Assembly (NCBI GenBank): GCA_965222155.1
Contig: CBDCTH010000012.1
Location: 2,464,001 to 2,528,000, forward strand
Direction: 5' to 3'
Length of the DNA stretch: 64,000 nucleotides
Origin: Gammaproteobacteria bacterium
GTDB taxonomy: Bacteria > Pseudomonadota > Gammaproteobacteria > Eutrophobiales > Eutrophobiaceae
The position numbers and the translations under genes were made by a program. A model generated the notes under the pieces. That model searched no databases and was not told where the DNA came from. It saw only the letters and a program-made list of their open reading frames with translations. This document shows positions 1 through 9,503 of this stretch, one piece after another; the stretch's first letter is position 1, and each line of letters starts with the position of its first letter.

Positions 1-1243
1 CGGCGCGGGTGTCGAGGTTCTCGGCAATGGCGCCGTCCGTGACCGGGGCTACCCAGGTGACAATCACTTCGGTCGGCGCCTCGTTGGCATTGGTGACGGC
101 AAGGGTCTGCTCAGTACCGGTGACACTGAGACCGCCGCTGTCGGTCGCAGTGAGCGTGAAACCATAGCTTGACTGTGTCTCGTAATCCAGCCCCACACCC
201 TGCTTCAGGTAGAGCGCGGCGCCGGTAATCTCGAAGATGTCCGCGCCACTGAGGCTGAAGACGTGACTGTCGTCGGCATCGGGGTCGACCGCGGACAGCT
301 CGGCCAGCTGCACCGGCCCGGCGCTCGTGTCCACGTCCTCAGCGATGGCGCCGTCCGTGGCCGGGGGCACCCAGGTAATCATCACTTCGGTCGGCGCCTC
401 GTTGGCATCGGTCACGGCAAGGGTCTGCTCAGTACCGGTGACGCTGAGGCCGCCGCCATCCGTTGCAGTGAGTGTGACGCCATGGCGTGGCTGTGTCTCG
501 TAATCCAGTATCACACCCTGCTTCAGGTAGAGCGCCGTGCCGGTAATCTCGAAGACAGTCGTATCACTGAGGCTGAAGACGTGGCTGTCGTCGGCATCCG
601 GGTCGACCGCGGACAGCTCGGCAATCTTCACCGGCCCGGCGCTCGTGTCCACGTCCTCGGCGATGGCGCCGTCCGTGGCCGGGGGCACCCAGGTGACAAT
701 CACTTCGGTCGGCGCCTCGTTGGCATCGGTCACGGCAAGGGTCTGCTCAGTGCCGGTGACACTGAGACCGCCGCCATCCGTTGCAGTGAGTGTGAAGCCA
801 TGGCGGGGCTGCGTCTCGTAATCCAGCACTACCCCCTGCTTCAGGTAGAGGGCCGCGCCGGCAATCTCGAAGACAGCCGCACCGCTGAGGCTGAAGGTAT
901 GGTGACTGTCGTCCGGATCGGTGGCGGACAGGTTCGCCAGCTTCACCCGGCCGGCGCTTGTGTCCACGTCCTCGGCCATCATGCCGTCCGTGGCCGGGGG
1001 GACCCAACTGACAATCACCCCGGTGGGCGCAGCATTGACGGGCGCAGGCGGGGGCCTGACGGTGGGCCTGACCGGCGCCGGTGCCCTGACCGTGACGGTA
1101 CGGGGCTTGCTGCTGTGGCCACTGTTGCTGTTGACGGCAATCAGGGTATAGACGGTGCCCACACGGGTCTCGACCGCCAGCTGGTTGCCGGCGGGCAGCC
1201 CATCGCCCGGGTCTATCAGGATGGTGCCCTGGTCATCGACCAG
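1..1243 (-). pseudogene. 3' portion (cadherin-like repeats, runs off the window) of a giant Fn3/cadherin surface protein gene, cut off by an IS insertion
   Basis: Removing 1260-2642 and one copy of the 16-bp duplication continues ORF 2637-5735 in frame (…ANTDVLSLVDDQG…). Units of 318 bp carry cadherin Ca-binding motifs LDYE, DPDADD and DANEAP. Confidence 0.85.
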
Positions 1244-1259
1244 GCTCAGCACGTCCGTG

Positions 1260-2642
1260 TGTTGTCAACAAATAGATTTGTCCGCTTCTGTAACAAATGA
1301 ATTGTCCGCTTTTGTCTTCACACTGACATCCTCCAGAAAGACAGAGTCCGACAAGGATCGTCCAGTGCCGACTGTGCGGCGGACATTACGCAGCAGTCGG
1401 TAGTTCATCCTGTAATACCTGGCCCTGAGAGTCGTATCTTGCCAAGCGCCGCGGACCATGAAATACACTCACTGTCTCATCCATATGACGAGCGACCTTC
1501 ACCTTGGCCTTGATGTAGTGATACCGATGCCGGTCGGCCGGAAGCTGTAATACCAGGCCGTCTACACGCACGCAGTTGTCCTTGCTCACAGTTCGCGCAA
1601 CGTGCTCACACAGGATGTCATCCAGTACTACTGACTGTGGGCAGGGCACGAAGGCTGAGCCGTCCTCCCGCGCCGGGTGGGCAAACTCGGCATTAAACGC
1701 CGGCAGGTAGACGTCCCGCAGATACGCATTGGCGGCGTCCATCGTGGTAATACCGGCCGCGGCCAATTCCTGCGGCAAACGTCCCTGGTGCGTGCCAAAC
1801 GCCCGTTCCGAACGCCCCCGGGCCGCCGGGGAATACGCCGGTATCATCTCAATACCCAACTGCGTCATGGCGCGCCCGAACTGTGTCAGATTGCCCTTGT
1901 CTACCTTGCCCCCGGCCTCCGGCGTCGTCCAGTAATGACTGCCCCGGTCGGTGTATAACGAGCAAAACAAGCCCTTCACCTCAATCACGTCTTTCACGCC
2001 TGTAAAACTGCTCTGCGTGCCTTCCTCTTCACAAAAGAACATCGAGTAATGCTCATTCGTGGCATCATCCATGGTCACAATCAAATCCCAGTGCCGACCC
2101 GGCACCCACTCGTGCGTGCTGCCATCCTGGTGCAGCAGCATCCCCGGCCAGGCCGCCGGCTCGCGCCGTTTCCGATGCGCCCCGCGTTTGGCCGCTTTCT
2201 TCACCACCCCGCCAGCCTGCAACGTATTCTTCACCCAACTGTAACTGCGCTCACCCCCGTCCCGGCGATACCACGAATAGTAATGCGTCACGTTCCAACC
2301 GTCATGACGCCGTCGATACCGGTCTACCAAGCGCAACACCTCGTCCACCGGCGCCCGCCGGTGCGAGACCTGCGAGAGACGCTTGTCCAGCAAGCCGTCC
2401 AACCCGGCGTCTTCATACCGGTCAATGTAACGTCGGAAGGTCCGGGCACACACGCCCAGTAACTGTGCCGCGTCCTCCTGGGTTAATCGCCGCGCTGTCC
2501 AACCACTATAGGCTTCTTCAAATCTCATCAGTTTTGTCTCCTGTAACCAGTTTGTCCGCGTCATCATGCCTCCCAAAAGCTGACATGATAAAACCGGACA
2601 GATTATGTGTTACAGATGCGGACAGTTTATGTGTTCTCAACA
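1260..2642 (-). mobile_element. IS1202-family (ISNCY/IS481-related) insertion sequence
   Basis: Ends TGTTG…CAACA with imperfect ~50-bp inverted repeats containing doubled TGTCCG motifs; flanking 16-bp direct repeat GCTCAGCACGTCCGTG at 1244-1259 and 2643-2658. Confidence 0.85.
1386..2567 (-). CDS. DDE transposase (N-terminal HTH + rve-like core)
   Basis: HQDGS…MDDAT…YTDRGS…GRSER motifs; intact ~393-aa ORF inside the IS ends. Confidence 0.9.
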   Translation of the reverse strand: MMTRTNWLQETKLMRFEEAYSGWTARRLTQEDAAQLLGVCARTFRRYIDRYEDAGLDGLLDKRLSQVSHRRAPVDEVLRLVDRYRRRHDGWNVTHYYSWYRRDGGERSYSWVKNTLQAGGVVKKAAKRGAHRKRREPAAWPGMLLHQDGSTHEWVPGRHWDLIVTMDDATNEHYSMFFCEEEGTQSSFTGVKDVIEVKGLFCSLYTDRGSHYWTTPEAGGKVDKGNLTQFGRAMTQLGIEMIPAYSPAARGRSERAFGTHQGRLPQELAAAGITTMDAANAYLRDVYLPAFNAEFAHPAREDGSAFVPCPQSVVLDDILCEHVARTVSKDNCVRVDGLVLQLPADRHRYHYIKAKVKVARHMDETVSVFHGPRRLARYDSQGQVLQDELPTAA

Positions 2643-5600
2643 GCTCAGCACGTCCGTGTTGGCGCTCACCGCCCAACTCAGGGTTGACTTGCCGTCCCTG
2701 AGTGGCGTGGCCTCGAAGCGGGTGATTTCGGGGGTGCTGGTGCTGGTGCCGGGCCCAAGGGGGGTGACAGGCTCAGGGGGCGTCGTTGCGGACGCAGGCG
2801 TGGCCGTGGCGCTGGCTACCCAGGGGCCCGCGCCCTGCGCGTTCACTGCCCGCACCTGCACCTGGTAGTCCTGGCCGTTGGTCAGGCCGGAAATGGTTGT
2901 GGTGGTGCTGCCAGCATCAGTGGCGCCGTGGCGGGTCCAGGCGCCGCTCGCGCCGGCGCGGTACTGGATATTGTAGCCCGTGATGGTCGAGCCGCCGTCG
3001 CTGCCGGGCGCGTGCCATGACACCTCGAGCTGCCGGTCGCCGGGCCTCAGGGTCGGGATCGCGGGGGCGGCGGGCGCCGCCGGCGCAGCCGAGGGGGTGA
3101 CCGGCGATGACGAATCCGACCAGGCCCCGTCCCCCGCCGCATTGGTGGCCAGTACCCGGAACACATGGGCGGTCCCCGGTGTCAGGCCCGTCACGTCGTG
3201 ACTCGTCCCGCTTACGCCCGACACCGGACTCCAGTCTGTCCCGTTGTTCGCGCGCTGTTGCAGCGTGTAGCCGGTGAGGGCGCTGCCCGTGTTGGCCGGC
3301 GCCGTCCAGTTCACCCGCAGCGAGGTGGCGCCCAGCACGGTGACCGTCGGGGCCGCCGGTTTGCCCGGCTTCGCATCCGGCGTCGCCGCGGCGGCGGTCG
3401 ACCAGTCACTCCAGCCCACGGCGTTTTTGGCCCGCACCTGCACGTCGTAGCGCTGGCCGTTGGTCAGGCTGGAGAGGGTTGTGCTGGTGCCGGTGCCGTT
3501 GTAGTGGGCATCCGTCCAGCCGGTGACGCTGCCCAGCTTGTACTGCACGTCGTAGTCCGAGATGGCCGCGCCGCCGTTGCTCGTCGGTACGGCCCACGAC
3601 ACCACTATCCTGCCGTTGCCGGGGGCGAGCGTCGGGGGCGCCGGCGCGGCGGGCACCGTAGCAGTGGTGGCCGGCGTGGCGCTGGCACTGGGTGACCAGC
3701 CGCCCCAGCCCACGCTGTTCTTCGCCCGCACCTGCACGTCGTAGGGCTGGCCGTTGGTCAGGCTGGAGAGGGTCGTGCTGGTGCCGGTGCCGTCGTAGTT
3801 GGCATCCGTCCAGCCGGTGACGCTGCCCAGCTTGTACTGCACGTCGTAGTCCGAGATGGCCGCGCCGTTGGCGGCCGGCGTGCTCCACGACACCGTCAGC
3901 TGCCCGTCGCCGGGCGCGAGGTTGGGGATGGCGGGCGCCGCCGGTGCCGCCGCGGGGGTGGCCGGCGATGACGCATCCGACCAGTCTCCGGCCCCCGCAC
4001 CGTTGGTTGCCCGTACCCGGAACACATACGACGTCCCCGGCGTCAGGCTCGTCACCGTCCTGCTTTTCCCGGTCCCCGCAGCATCCGGCAACGCCATCCA
4101 GATTAACCCGTTGTCCGCACTGCGCCGCAGCGTATAGCCGGTGATGACAGTGCCTGGGTTAGCCGGCGCCGTCCAGCGCACCTGCAGCGAGGTGGCGCTC
4201 TGCACGGTGACCGTCGGGGCCGCCGGTTTGCCCGGCACTGCATCCGGCGTCGCCGCGGCGGCGGTCGACCAGTCACTCGAGTCCACAGAGTTGGTGGCGC
4301 GCACCTGCACGTCGTAGCGCTGGCCGTTGGTCAGGCTGGAGAGGGTCGTGCTGGTGCCGGTGCCGTTGTAGTGGGCATCCGTCCAGCCGGTGACGCTGCC
4401 CAGCTTGTACTGCACGTCGTAGTCCGAGATGGCCGCGCCGCCGTTGCTCGTCGGCACGGCCCACGACACCACTATCCTGCCGTTGCCGGGGGCGAGCGTC
4501 GGGGGCGCCGGCGCGGCGGGCACCGTAGCAGTGGTGGCCGGCGTGGCGCTGGCACTGGGTGACCAGCCGCCCCAGCCCACGCTGTTCTTCGCCCGCACCT
4601 GCACGTCGTAGGGCTGGCCGTTGGTCAGGCTGGAGAGGGTCGTGCTGGTGCCGGTGCCGTCGTAGTTGGCATCCGTCCAGCCGGTGACGCTGCCCAGCTT
4701 GTACTGCACGTCGTAGTCCGAGATGGCGGCGCCGTTGGCGGCCGGCGTGCTCCACGACACCGTCAGCTGCCCGTCGCCGGGCGCGAGGTTGGGGATGGCG
4801 GGCGCCGCCGGTGCCGCCGCGGGGGTGGCTGGCGATGACGCATCCGACCAGGCCCCGGCCCCCGCCGCATTGGTGGCCAGTACCCGGAACACATAGGCGC
4901 TCCCCGGTGTCAGACCCGTCACGTCGTGGCTCGTGCCCGTCCCGCTCACGCCCGATACCGTACTCCAGTTGGTGCCGCCGTCTGTGCTCTGTTGCAGCGT
5001 GTAGCCGGTGATGACACTGCCCGTGTTGGTCGGTGTCGCCCAGTTCACCCGCAGCGCGGTGGCGCCCAGCACGGTGACCGTCGGGGCCGCCGGTTTGCCG
5101 GGCGCCACGTCCGTCGGCGTGTCCGTGGTGGAGGTCGACCAGTCACTCGATCCCACGGAGTTGGTGGCGCGCACCTGCACGTCGTAGCGCTGGCCGTTGG
5201 CCAGGCTGGAGAGGGTTGTGCTGGTGCCGGCGCCGTCGTAGTTGGCATCCGTCCAGCCGGTGACGCTGCTCAGCTTGTACTGCACGTCGTAGTCCGAGAT
5301 GGCGGCGCCGTTGTCGGACGGGGCGGTCCACGACACCGTCAGCTGCGCGTTGCCGGGCGTGAGGGACGGGGCCGAAGGTGTTGATGGCTTGGCCGCGGGC
5401 GTGGCGCTGACTGTGAGTGAAACGACATTCCTAGGGTCGGCCCCGAATCCCACCACCGCCGCCACCTGCACTTGGTAGCTCTGGCCGTTGGTCAGACCCG
5501 TGATGGTGCGGCTGAAGATGTTGCTGGCGATGGGGTATATACTTTCCCAACCGGCGGCTGGGCCAGTGCGCCACTGGAGGGCGTAGCTAAAGCTCAGGCC

Positions 5601-5735
5601 GCTGCTGACCGGGGCCGCGGTCCATGACACCACGATCTGCCTATCGCCGGGGGTGAGGGTCGGGGTCCACGCCGACTGCGCCCAGGCCGGCACGGTCAGC
5701 CCGCACATCAGCGTCATGAACGCCAGGGCGCACAA
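2637..5735 (-). CDS. Secreted fibronectin type III repeat protein (10 Fn3 domains), truncated by the IS; true start uncertain
   Basis: Signal-peptide-like …VPAWA-Q; ten repeats of the form L/IxVxW…Y…L…G..Y.V/F.V.A.N..G...WS; stop codon supplied by the IS end. Confidence 0.88.
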   Translation of the reverse strand: MCALAFMTLMCGLTVPAWAQSAWTPTLTPGDRQIVVSWTAAPVSSGLSFSYALQWRTGPAAGWESIYPIASNIFSRTITGLTNGQSYQVQVAAVVGFGADPRNVVSLTVSATPAAKPSTPSAPSLTPGNAQLTVSWTAPSDNGAAISDYDVQYKLSSVTGWTDANYDGAGTSTTLSSLANGQRYDVQVRATNSVGSSDWSTSTTDTPTDVAPGKPAAPTVTVLGATALRVNWATPTNTGSVITGYTLQQSTDGGTNWSTVSGVSGTGTSHDVTGLTPGSAYVFRVLATNAAGAGAWSDASSPATPAAAPAAPAIPNLAPGDGQLTVSWSTPAANGAAISDYDVQYKLGSVTGWTDANYDGTGTSTTLSSLTNGQPYDVQVRAKNSVGWGGWSPSASATPATTATVPAAPAPPTLAPGNGRIVVSWAVPTSNGGAAISDYDVQYKLGSVTGWTDAHYNGTGTSTTLSSLTNGQRYDVQVRATNSVDSSDWSTAAAATPDAVPGKPAAPTVTVQSATSLQVRWTAPANPGTVITGYTLRRSADNGLIWMALPDAAGTGKSRTVTSLTPGTSYVFRVRATNGAGAGDWSDASSPATPAAAPAAPAIPNLAPGDGQLTVSWSTPAANGAAISDYDVQYKLGSVTGWTDANYDGTGTSTTLSSLTNGQPYDVQVRAKNSVGWGGWSPSASATPATTATVPAAPAPPTLAPGNGRIVVSWAVPTSNGGAAISDYDVQYKLGSVTGWTDAHYNGTGTSTTLSSLTNGQRYDVQVRAKNAVGWSDWSTAAAATPDAKPGKPAAPTVTVLGATSLRVNWTAPANTGSALTGYTLQQRANNGTDWSPVSGVSGTSHDVTGLTPGTAHVFRVLATNAAGDGAWSDSSSPVTPSAAPAAPAAPAIPTLRPGDRQLEVSWHAPGSDGGSTITGYNIQYRAGASGAWTRHGATDAGSTTTTISGLTNGQDYQVQVRAVNAQGAGPWVASATATPASATTPPEPVTPLGPGTSTSTPEITRFEATPLRDGKSTLSWAVSANTDVLSC
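3300..4830. repeat. 867-bp period (3-domain) near-identical duplication inside the Fn3 gene
   Basis: 3406-3888 and 4273-4755 are nearly identical at offset 867; boundaries approximate. Confidence 0.8.
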
Positions 5736-6090
5736 GACCCCGCGCCGGAATCGGTTGGATAGCCCCGTCCTGGCCGACGCCCTCCCGGCGCCCGCTACCC
5801 GCGCGCGCGGAGAAGCGGCAGCGCCGCGCTGGCGACCTGTTATCTCATGTGGGGGGGGGTAAAGGAGGCTGGGCGCGGGACCCCGCGCAGCGGCCGCCTC
5901 AGCGAGTCAGCACTGCAACCGGCAGCGTTGGCCGTGCCGAACTCTGCCCCGTCAGGCAGGTCGCGGCGCATCACGCGACCGTTCAGGTCTATTGCCATGT
6001 GGCTGTCCATCCCCTAATCATAGTCGGCATACTCTACCCCGCTGCTTCATGCAATGTCAACCCCCTCTTGTCCGGGTTCAGTACCTATGA

Positions 6091-6235
6091 CAGGGCGAAC
6101 GCATACTTTAGAATCCGGGCTATCGTCATTCCGGCGCAGGCCGGAATCCAGTTAACAAACCAACCTTTTACCATAAGGAACTGTCTTTTTCGACTGGATT
6201 CCGGCCTGCGCCGGAATGACGAACTCGGAATGACG
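6091..6235. repeat. ISAs1-like end (CAGGGCGAACGCATAC) fused to an inverted REP pair
   Basis: CGTCATTCCGGCGCAGGCCGGAATCCAGT at 6124-6152 and its reverse complement at 6193-6221; homologous copy at 44281-44365. Confidence 0.7.
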
Positions 6236-6239
6236 GGGT

Positions 6240-6374
6240 CAGGGCAACCGCATACTTTTTTATATCTATTATGAGGACTGCCCAAATAGAATCTCCACCC
6301 AGCCTGCTTGAGTTTCACCCGCATACTGTCCTTCTGCGGATACAGCCGCGCCAGGTTCAGACAGAAGCGCCGGC
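6240..6374 (-). pseudogene. 3' remnant of an ISAs1-family transposase with terminal repeat
   Basis: Minus strand reads RRFCLNLARL…KDSMRVKLKQAGW, resembling ISAs1 C-termini; ends in CAGGGCAACCGCAT. Confidence 0.55.
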
Positions 6375-6376
6375 TA

Positions 6377-6495
6377 AACTGCATTTCTCTACCAGTTCGG
6401 TTGTCGTCATCGGCTAGTTGTTTGCTGTCAATACGGTATGATAATCTGCCCACCATATCAACATAACAGGCTGTGCTTGATGCGTCCTCGCTTGT
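6377..6495. mobile_element. Truncated copy (E) of the TA-flanked MITE family
   Basis: Aligns with the first ~120 bp of 19300, 23086, 43420 and 54938 (GCATTTCTCTACCAGTT…TTGCTGTCAAT…GCTTGATGCGTCCTCGCTTGT). Confidence 0.7.
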
Positions 6496-6497
6496 AA

Positions 6498-6550
6498 GGG
6501 GACGGATTTGAAATCCGTCCCCGGAGAGTCAGATTTGAAATCTGTCCCCT
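6498..6550. repeat. REP-like hairpin pair GGGGACGGATTTNAAATCCGTCCCC
   Basis: Perfect 12-bp stem plus a degenerate neighbour; another copy at 50250-50274. Confidence 0.75.
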
Positions 6551-6568
6551 TTTCCTCCCGGTTCCCGT

Positions 6569-8587
6569 TCACTTTTCATATTTGCTATAACCAGCGCGAA
6601 TCGGTTCGAGTATCTCCACCAGTTCGTCGAGATGGGTTTCGTAGTTGCGCCAGAAGTTGAGCGCCCCGGTGTAGATGGGTTGCCGCACCTGCTCCGAGCT
6701 GGCTGTTCTTACCGGACGCTCGGTTTCATAGAATTTGACACAGTTATCTTCCCAGGGCAGGCGGCAGTATTCCAGTATCCTGCGCACCTGGTTGTCAAAA
6801 TCGGTGACGACTTCCTCGTACTGGACGGTCAGAACACGGCCCGGCAGGACTTCGCGCCAGTGGTCCATCATGCGCTGGTATTGCAAGTAGTATTCACCGA
6901 TATCCGTCAAATCATAGGCAAACGTCTGGCCCCTGGCATAGTGCTGCCTGAAATTACCGACGCAGGCATCCAGGGGATGCCGGCGTGCATCGATGATCTT
7001 TGCATCAGGCAGAATCAGGTGGAGGAATCCGATGGTGGGAAAGTTGTTCGGCATCTTGTCCACAAAGAACGGTTTGCCCTCGGTGCGGTGCAGTTGCGCG
7101 TAGCGGATGTAGTCCTGGCCCAGCGCGGCAAGGTTTACCGGCGCCAACTCACGTACTGCCTCCGGGTAATTGACGCCGTCCGGCCGGTTCCTGTTGAGAG
7201 AGGTGGCGACCCGGCCCAGGTAAGGCAATTCACTGGTCCCCTCAACTTGGCTGTGACTGGCCAGCACCTGTTCTATCAGGGTAGAGCCGGAACGCGGCAG
7301 ACCCAGGATAAATATGGGCGCAGGGTCGGGATGTCCCGAACCGCTTTTTTCTTCAAGCAGTTCCCTGTCAAACACATCAATGATGGCATCGTTGATGGTT
7401 TCGGTGTGGACCGGGTCATACTGGACCAACATTCGCTGTTTGATGTTGCCCCGTTCGTAGTAATGCCAGGCACGGTTATAATCGTGCCGGTCATCGTAAG
7501 CCTTGCCCAGGGCGAACAGGAAATTGACCTCTGACTTCTCGGCGCTTGCGCCGTTGTCCTCGACCCGTTGTTCCATTTCCTGCAGTTGCTCATCACTGAA
7601 GCGATAAGTCTTGAGGTTCGCCAGACTCCAGTAGGTTTCGCCGTTATTGGGTTTTACGCTGATGCAGTCATGGTAGGCCTTGATCGCCAGTTCCAGACTA
7701 CCGATGGTCTTCAGGGCGTTGCCCAGACCGAGCAGTGCCCCGGGATGCCGGGGGGACAGTTCCAGTGTGCGTTGATACTCCTCTACCGCCTCCTGATTCA
7801 GGGCAGCCGGTGCGTAGGCGCCAGCAAGCAGGAAATGGGTCTGCGGGTTATTGGGATTAATCTCGATGGCCTTTTTGAAGTAACCGATGGCTTCTTCATA
7901 GCGATCCTGCTCCTTCAATATCCGGCCCAGGTCGATGACCGCAGTCAGGAAGTCCGGCGCAATCCCGAGGGCGCGCCGCAACAGGCGCTCTGCATCATCA
8001 TAACGTTTCAACGTTGCCGCAACCATGGCCAGCATCCTCATTGCATCGACGTTATCCGGGTTATTTTTCAATACCTGCCGGTAGAGTTTTTCCGCCTCCT
8101 CCAGGTTTCCTTCCTTATGCAGCCTGGCCGCCTGGGCCAGCAGCTTGCGCTCGGGTGACAGTGCGAAAGATGCCTCGAACGCCACATCGGCATCCTCGCC
8201 CTTGCCGGTGAGCGCCAACGCCTTGCCCAGGTTGAATTGGGCAAACTCCAGCTTCGGGTCCAGCCGCACCGCTTTTTGTAGGACCTCGACGGCCTCCTCA
8301 AACCGTTCCAGTTCAAGCAGCACGAAACCCAGGTCTTCATGGGGCTTGGCAAACGTCGGCGCCAGGCGGAGCGTCCGTTTCAATACCTGTTCCGCCTCAT
8401 CCAACCGGCGCATCTTTACCAATACCGCGCCCAGCATCCCCAGCATGTTGACGTCTTTCGGGTTGCGTTCAATGGCTTCCCTGCAAACGGCCTCGGCAGC
8501 TCTCGGGTTGCCGGCGTTGATCAGCTCCAGTGCTTCATCGAATACGGCTTTGGGGGCATAAATCTGTCGCATATAAAGCGCAATCAC
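6569..8587 (-). CDS. Tetratricopeptide-repeat sulfotransferase family protein
   Basis: N-terminal TPRs; PAPS-binding IFILGLPRSGSTL, DKMPNN, RHPLD and VRTASSEQVRQP motifs; GTGA overlap with the upstream gene. Confidence 0.9.
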   Translation of the reverse strand: MIALYMRQIYAPKAVFDEALELINAGNPRAAEAVCREAIERNPKDVNMLGMLGAVLVKMRRLDEAEQVLKRTLRLAPTFAKPHEDLGFVLLELERFEEAVEVLQKAVRLDPKLEFAQFNLGKALALTGKGEDADVAFEASFALSPERKLLAQAARLHKEGNLEEAEKLYRQVLKNNPDNVDAMRMLAMVAATLKRYDDAERLLRRALGIAPDFLTAVIDLGRILKEQDRYEEAIGYFKKAIEINPNNPQTHFLLAGAYAPAALNQEAVEEYQRTLELSPRHPGALLGLGNALKTIGSLELAIKAYHDCISVKPNNGETYWSLANLKTYRFSDEQLQEMEQRVEDNGASAEKSEVNFLFALGKAYDDRHDYNRAWHYYERGNIKQRMLVQYDPVHTETINDAIIDVFDRELLEEKSGSGHPDPAPIFILGLPRSGSTLIEQVLASHSQVEGTSELPYLGRVATSLNRNRPDGVNYPEAVRELAPVNLAALGQDYIRYAQLHRTEGKPFFVDKMPNNFPTIGFLHLILPDAKIIDARRHPLDACVGNFRQHYARGQTFAYDLTDIGEYYLQYQRMMDHWREVLPGRVLTVQYEEVVTDFDNQVRRILEYCRLPWEDNCVKFYETERPVRTASSEQVRQPIYTGALNFWRNYETHLDELVEILEPIRAGYSKYEK

Positions 8588-9420
8588 GCGTTAGCCGTGA
8601 CGTTTGCATCCTCCATATCCTCGCGCCAGTCTGACATGTTCATTTCGATCGCGGCAAAACCACCAATCCAGAGCATCTCATCCCAGAAATACAGGTACAG
8701 ATCAGTCAGCGCCCAATAAACCGCAATACCCATAATCACGCTATAGGCGCCAAGCTTGAGATAATTTCCCGTGGTGATGACCGGCCCGCTTGAGACTCCC
8801 CGGTCCTGGAACCTGATAGTCGATTCAATCATTACCATGATGACAAGCCAGCAAATCGACTCAGCCAGGTCCAGCCAGGCCAGCAACCTTTCCCTGACGA
8901 GGTTGGCAAGGTCTGCAACGACCAGCCCCTTATCCAGCAGAAAATAGTCCTTGCCGATTCCCGATTGTGCACAGTTATCCGCATCCAGGTAGGTATATTG
9001 CTGGTTGCTTACAAATGAAATGCGCCCATCGGCAACCTGGCACAGGTTCGACACTTCCGGGATGGGTTCTACCTCAAAATACAATTCGTATGCTTCGACG
9101 CTGTAAGCATAGACCGTATGAAGCACAAACAGGTAGCACAGCAGGCGGAGCCCGTGGGTCAACCTGCTGACCAGGGGGGTAAATACCTCATCGGAGAGAA
9201 TATAGGTCTCCAACTCCAACAGGATAATCAGGACAAGCCAGGCGGCATAATCAATGGACGTGGCATAAACCTTCATCCACTTGATGAGCGGTTCCGCCAA
9301 TGTCATCGTATGGGTGGCGGTATTCCAATCCCTGGTCAGGTAAAGGATAAAATTTACCAGCAGAAGGGAATAAACAATCCATTTAATGGATTGCTTTACG
9401 ACCTGGAAATCAACTCGCAT
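8584..9420 (-). CDS. Hypothetical multi-pass membrane protein
   Basis: 278 aa with about six hydrophobic segments and a Cys-containing loop; translationally coupled to the sulfotransferase. Confidence 0.75.
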   Translation of the reverse strand: MRVDFQVVKQSIKWIVYSLLLVNFILYLTRDWNTATHTMTLAEPLIKWMKVYATSIDYAAWLVLIILLELETYILSDEVFTPLVSRLTHGLRLLCYLFVLHTVYAYSVEAYELYFEVEPIPEVSNLCQVADGRISFVSNQQYTYLDADNCAQSGIGKDYFLLDKGLVVADLANLVRERLLAWLDLAESICWLVIMVMIESTIRFQDRGVSSGPVITTGNYLKLGAYSVIMGIAVYWALTDLYLYFWDEMLWIGGFAAIEMNMSDWREDMEDANVTANA

Positions 9421-9503
9421 CCATCACCGTAGCGGCCGGATTTTATTTCTCAATATGTACCCCATGACGTTTACCGATATTCCGGAGTCGTAACGCACGT
9501 TGC

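Noticed and set aside
263-1300. 345-aa plus-strand ORF
   Set aside because: Antisense shadow of the GC-rich cadherin repeats on the minus strand.
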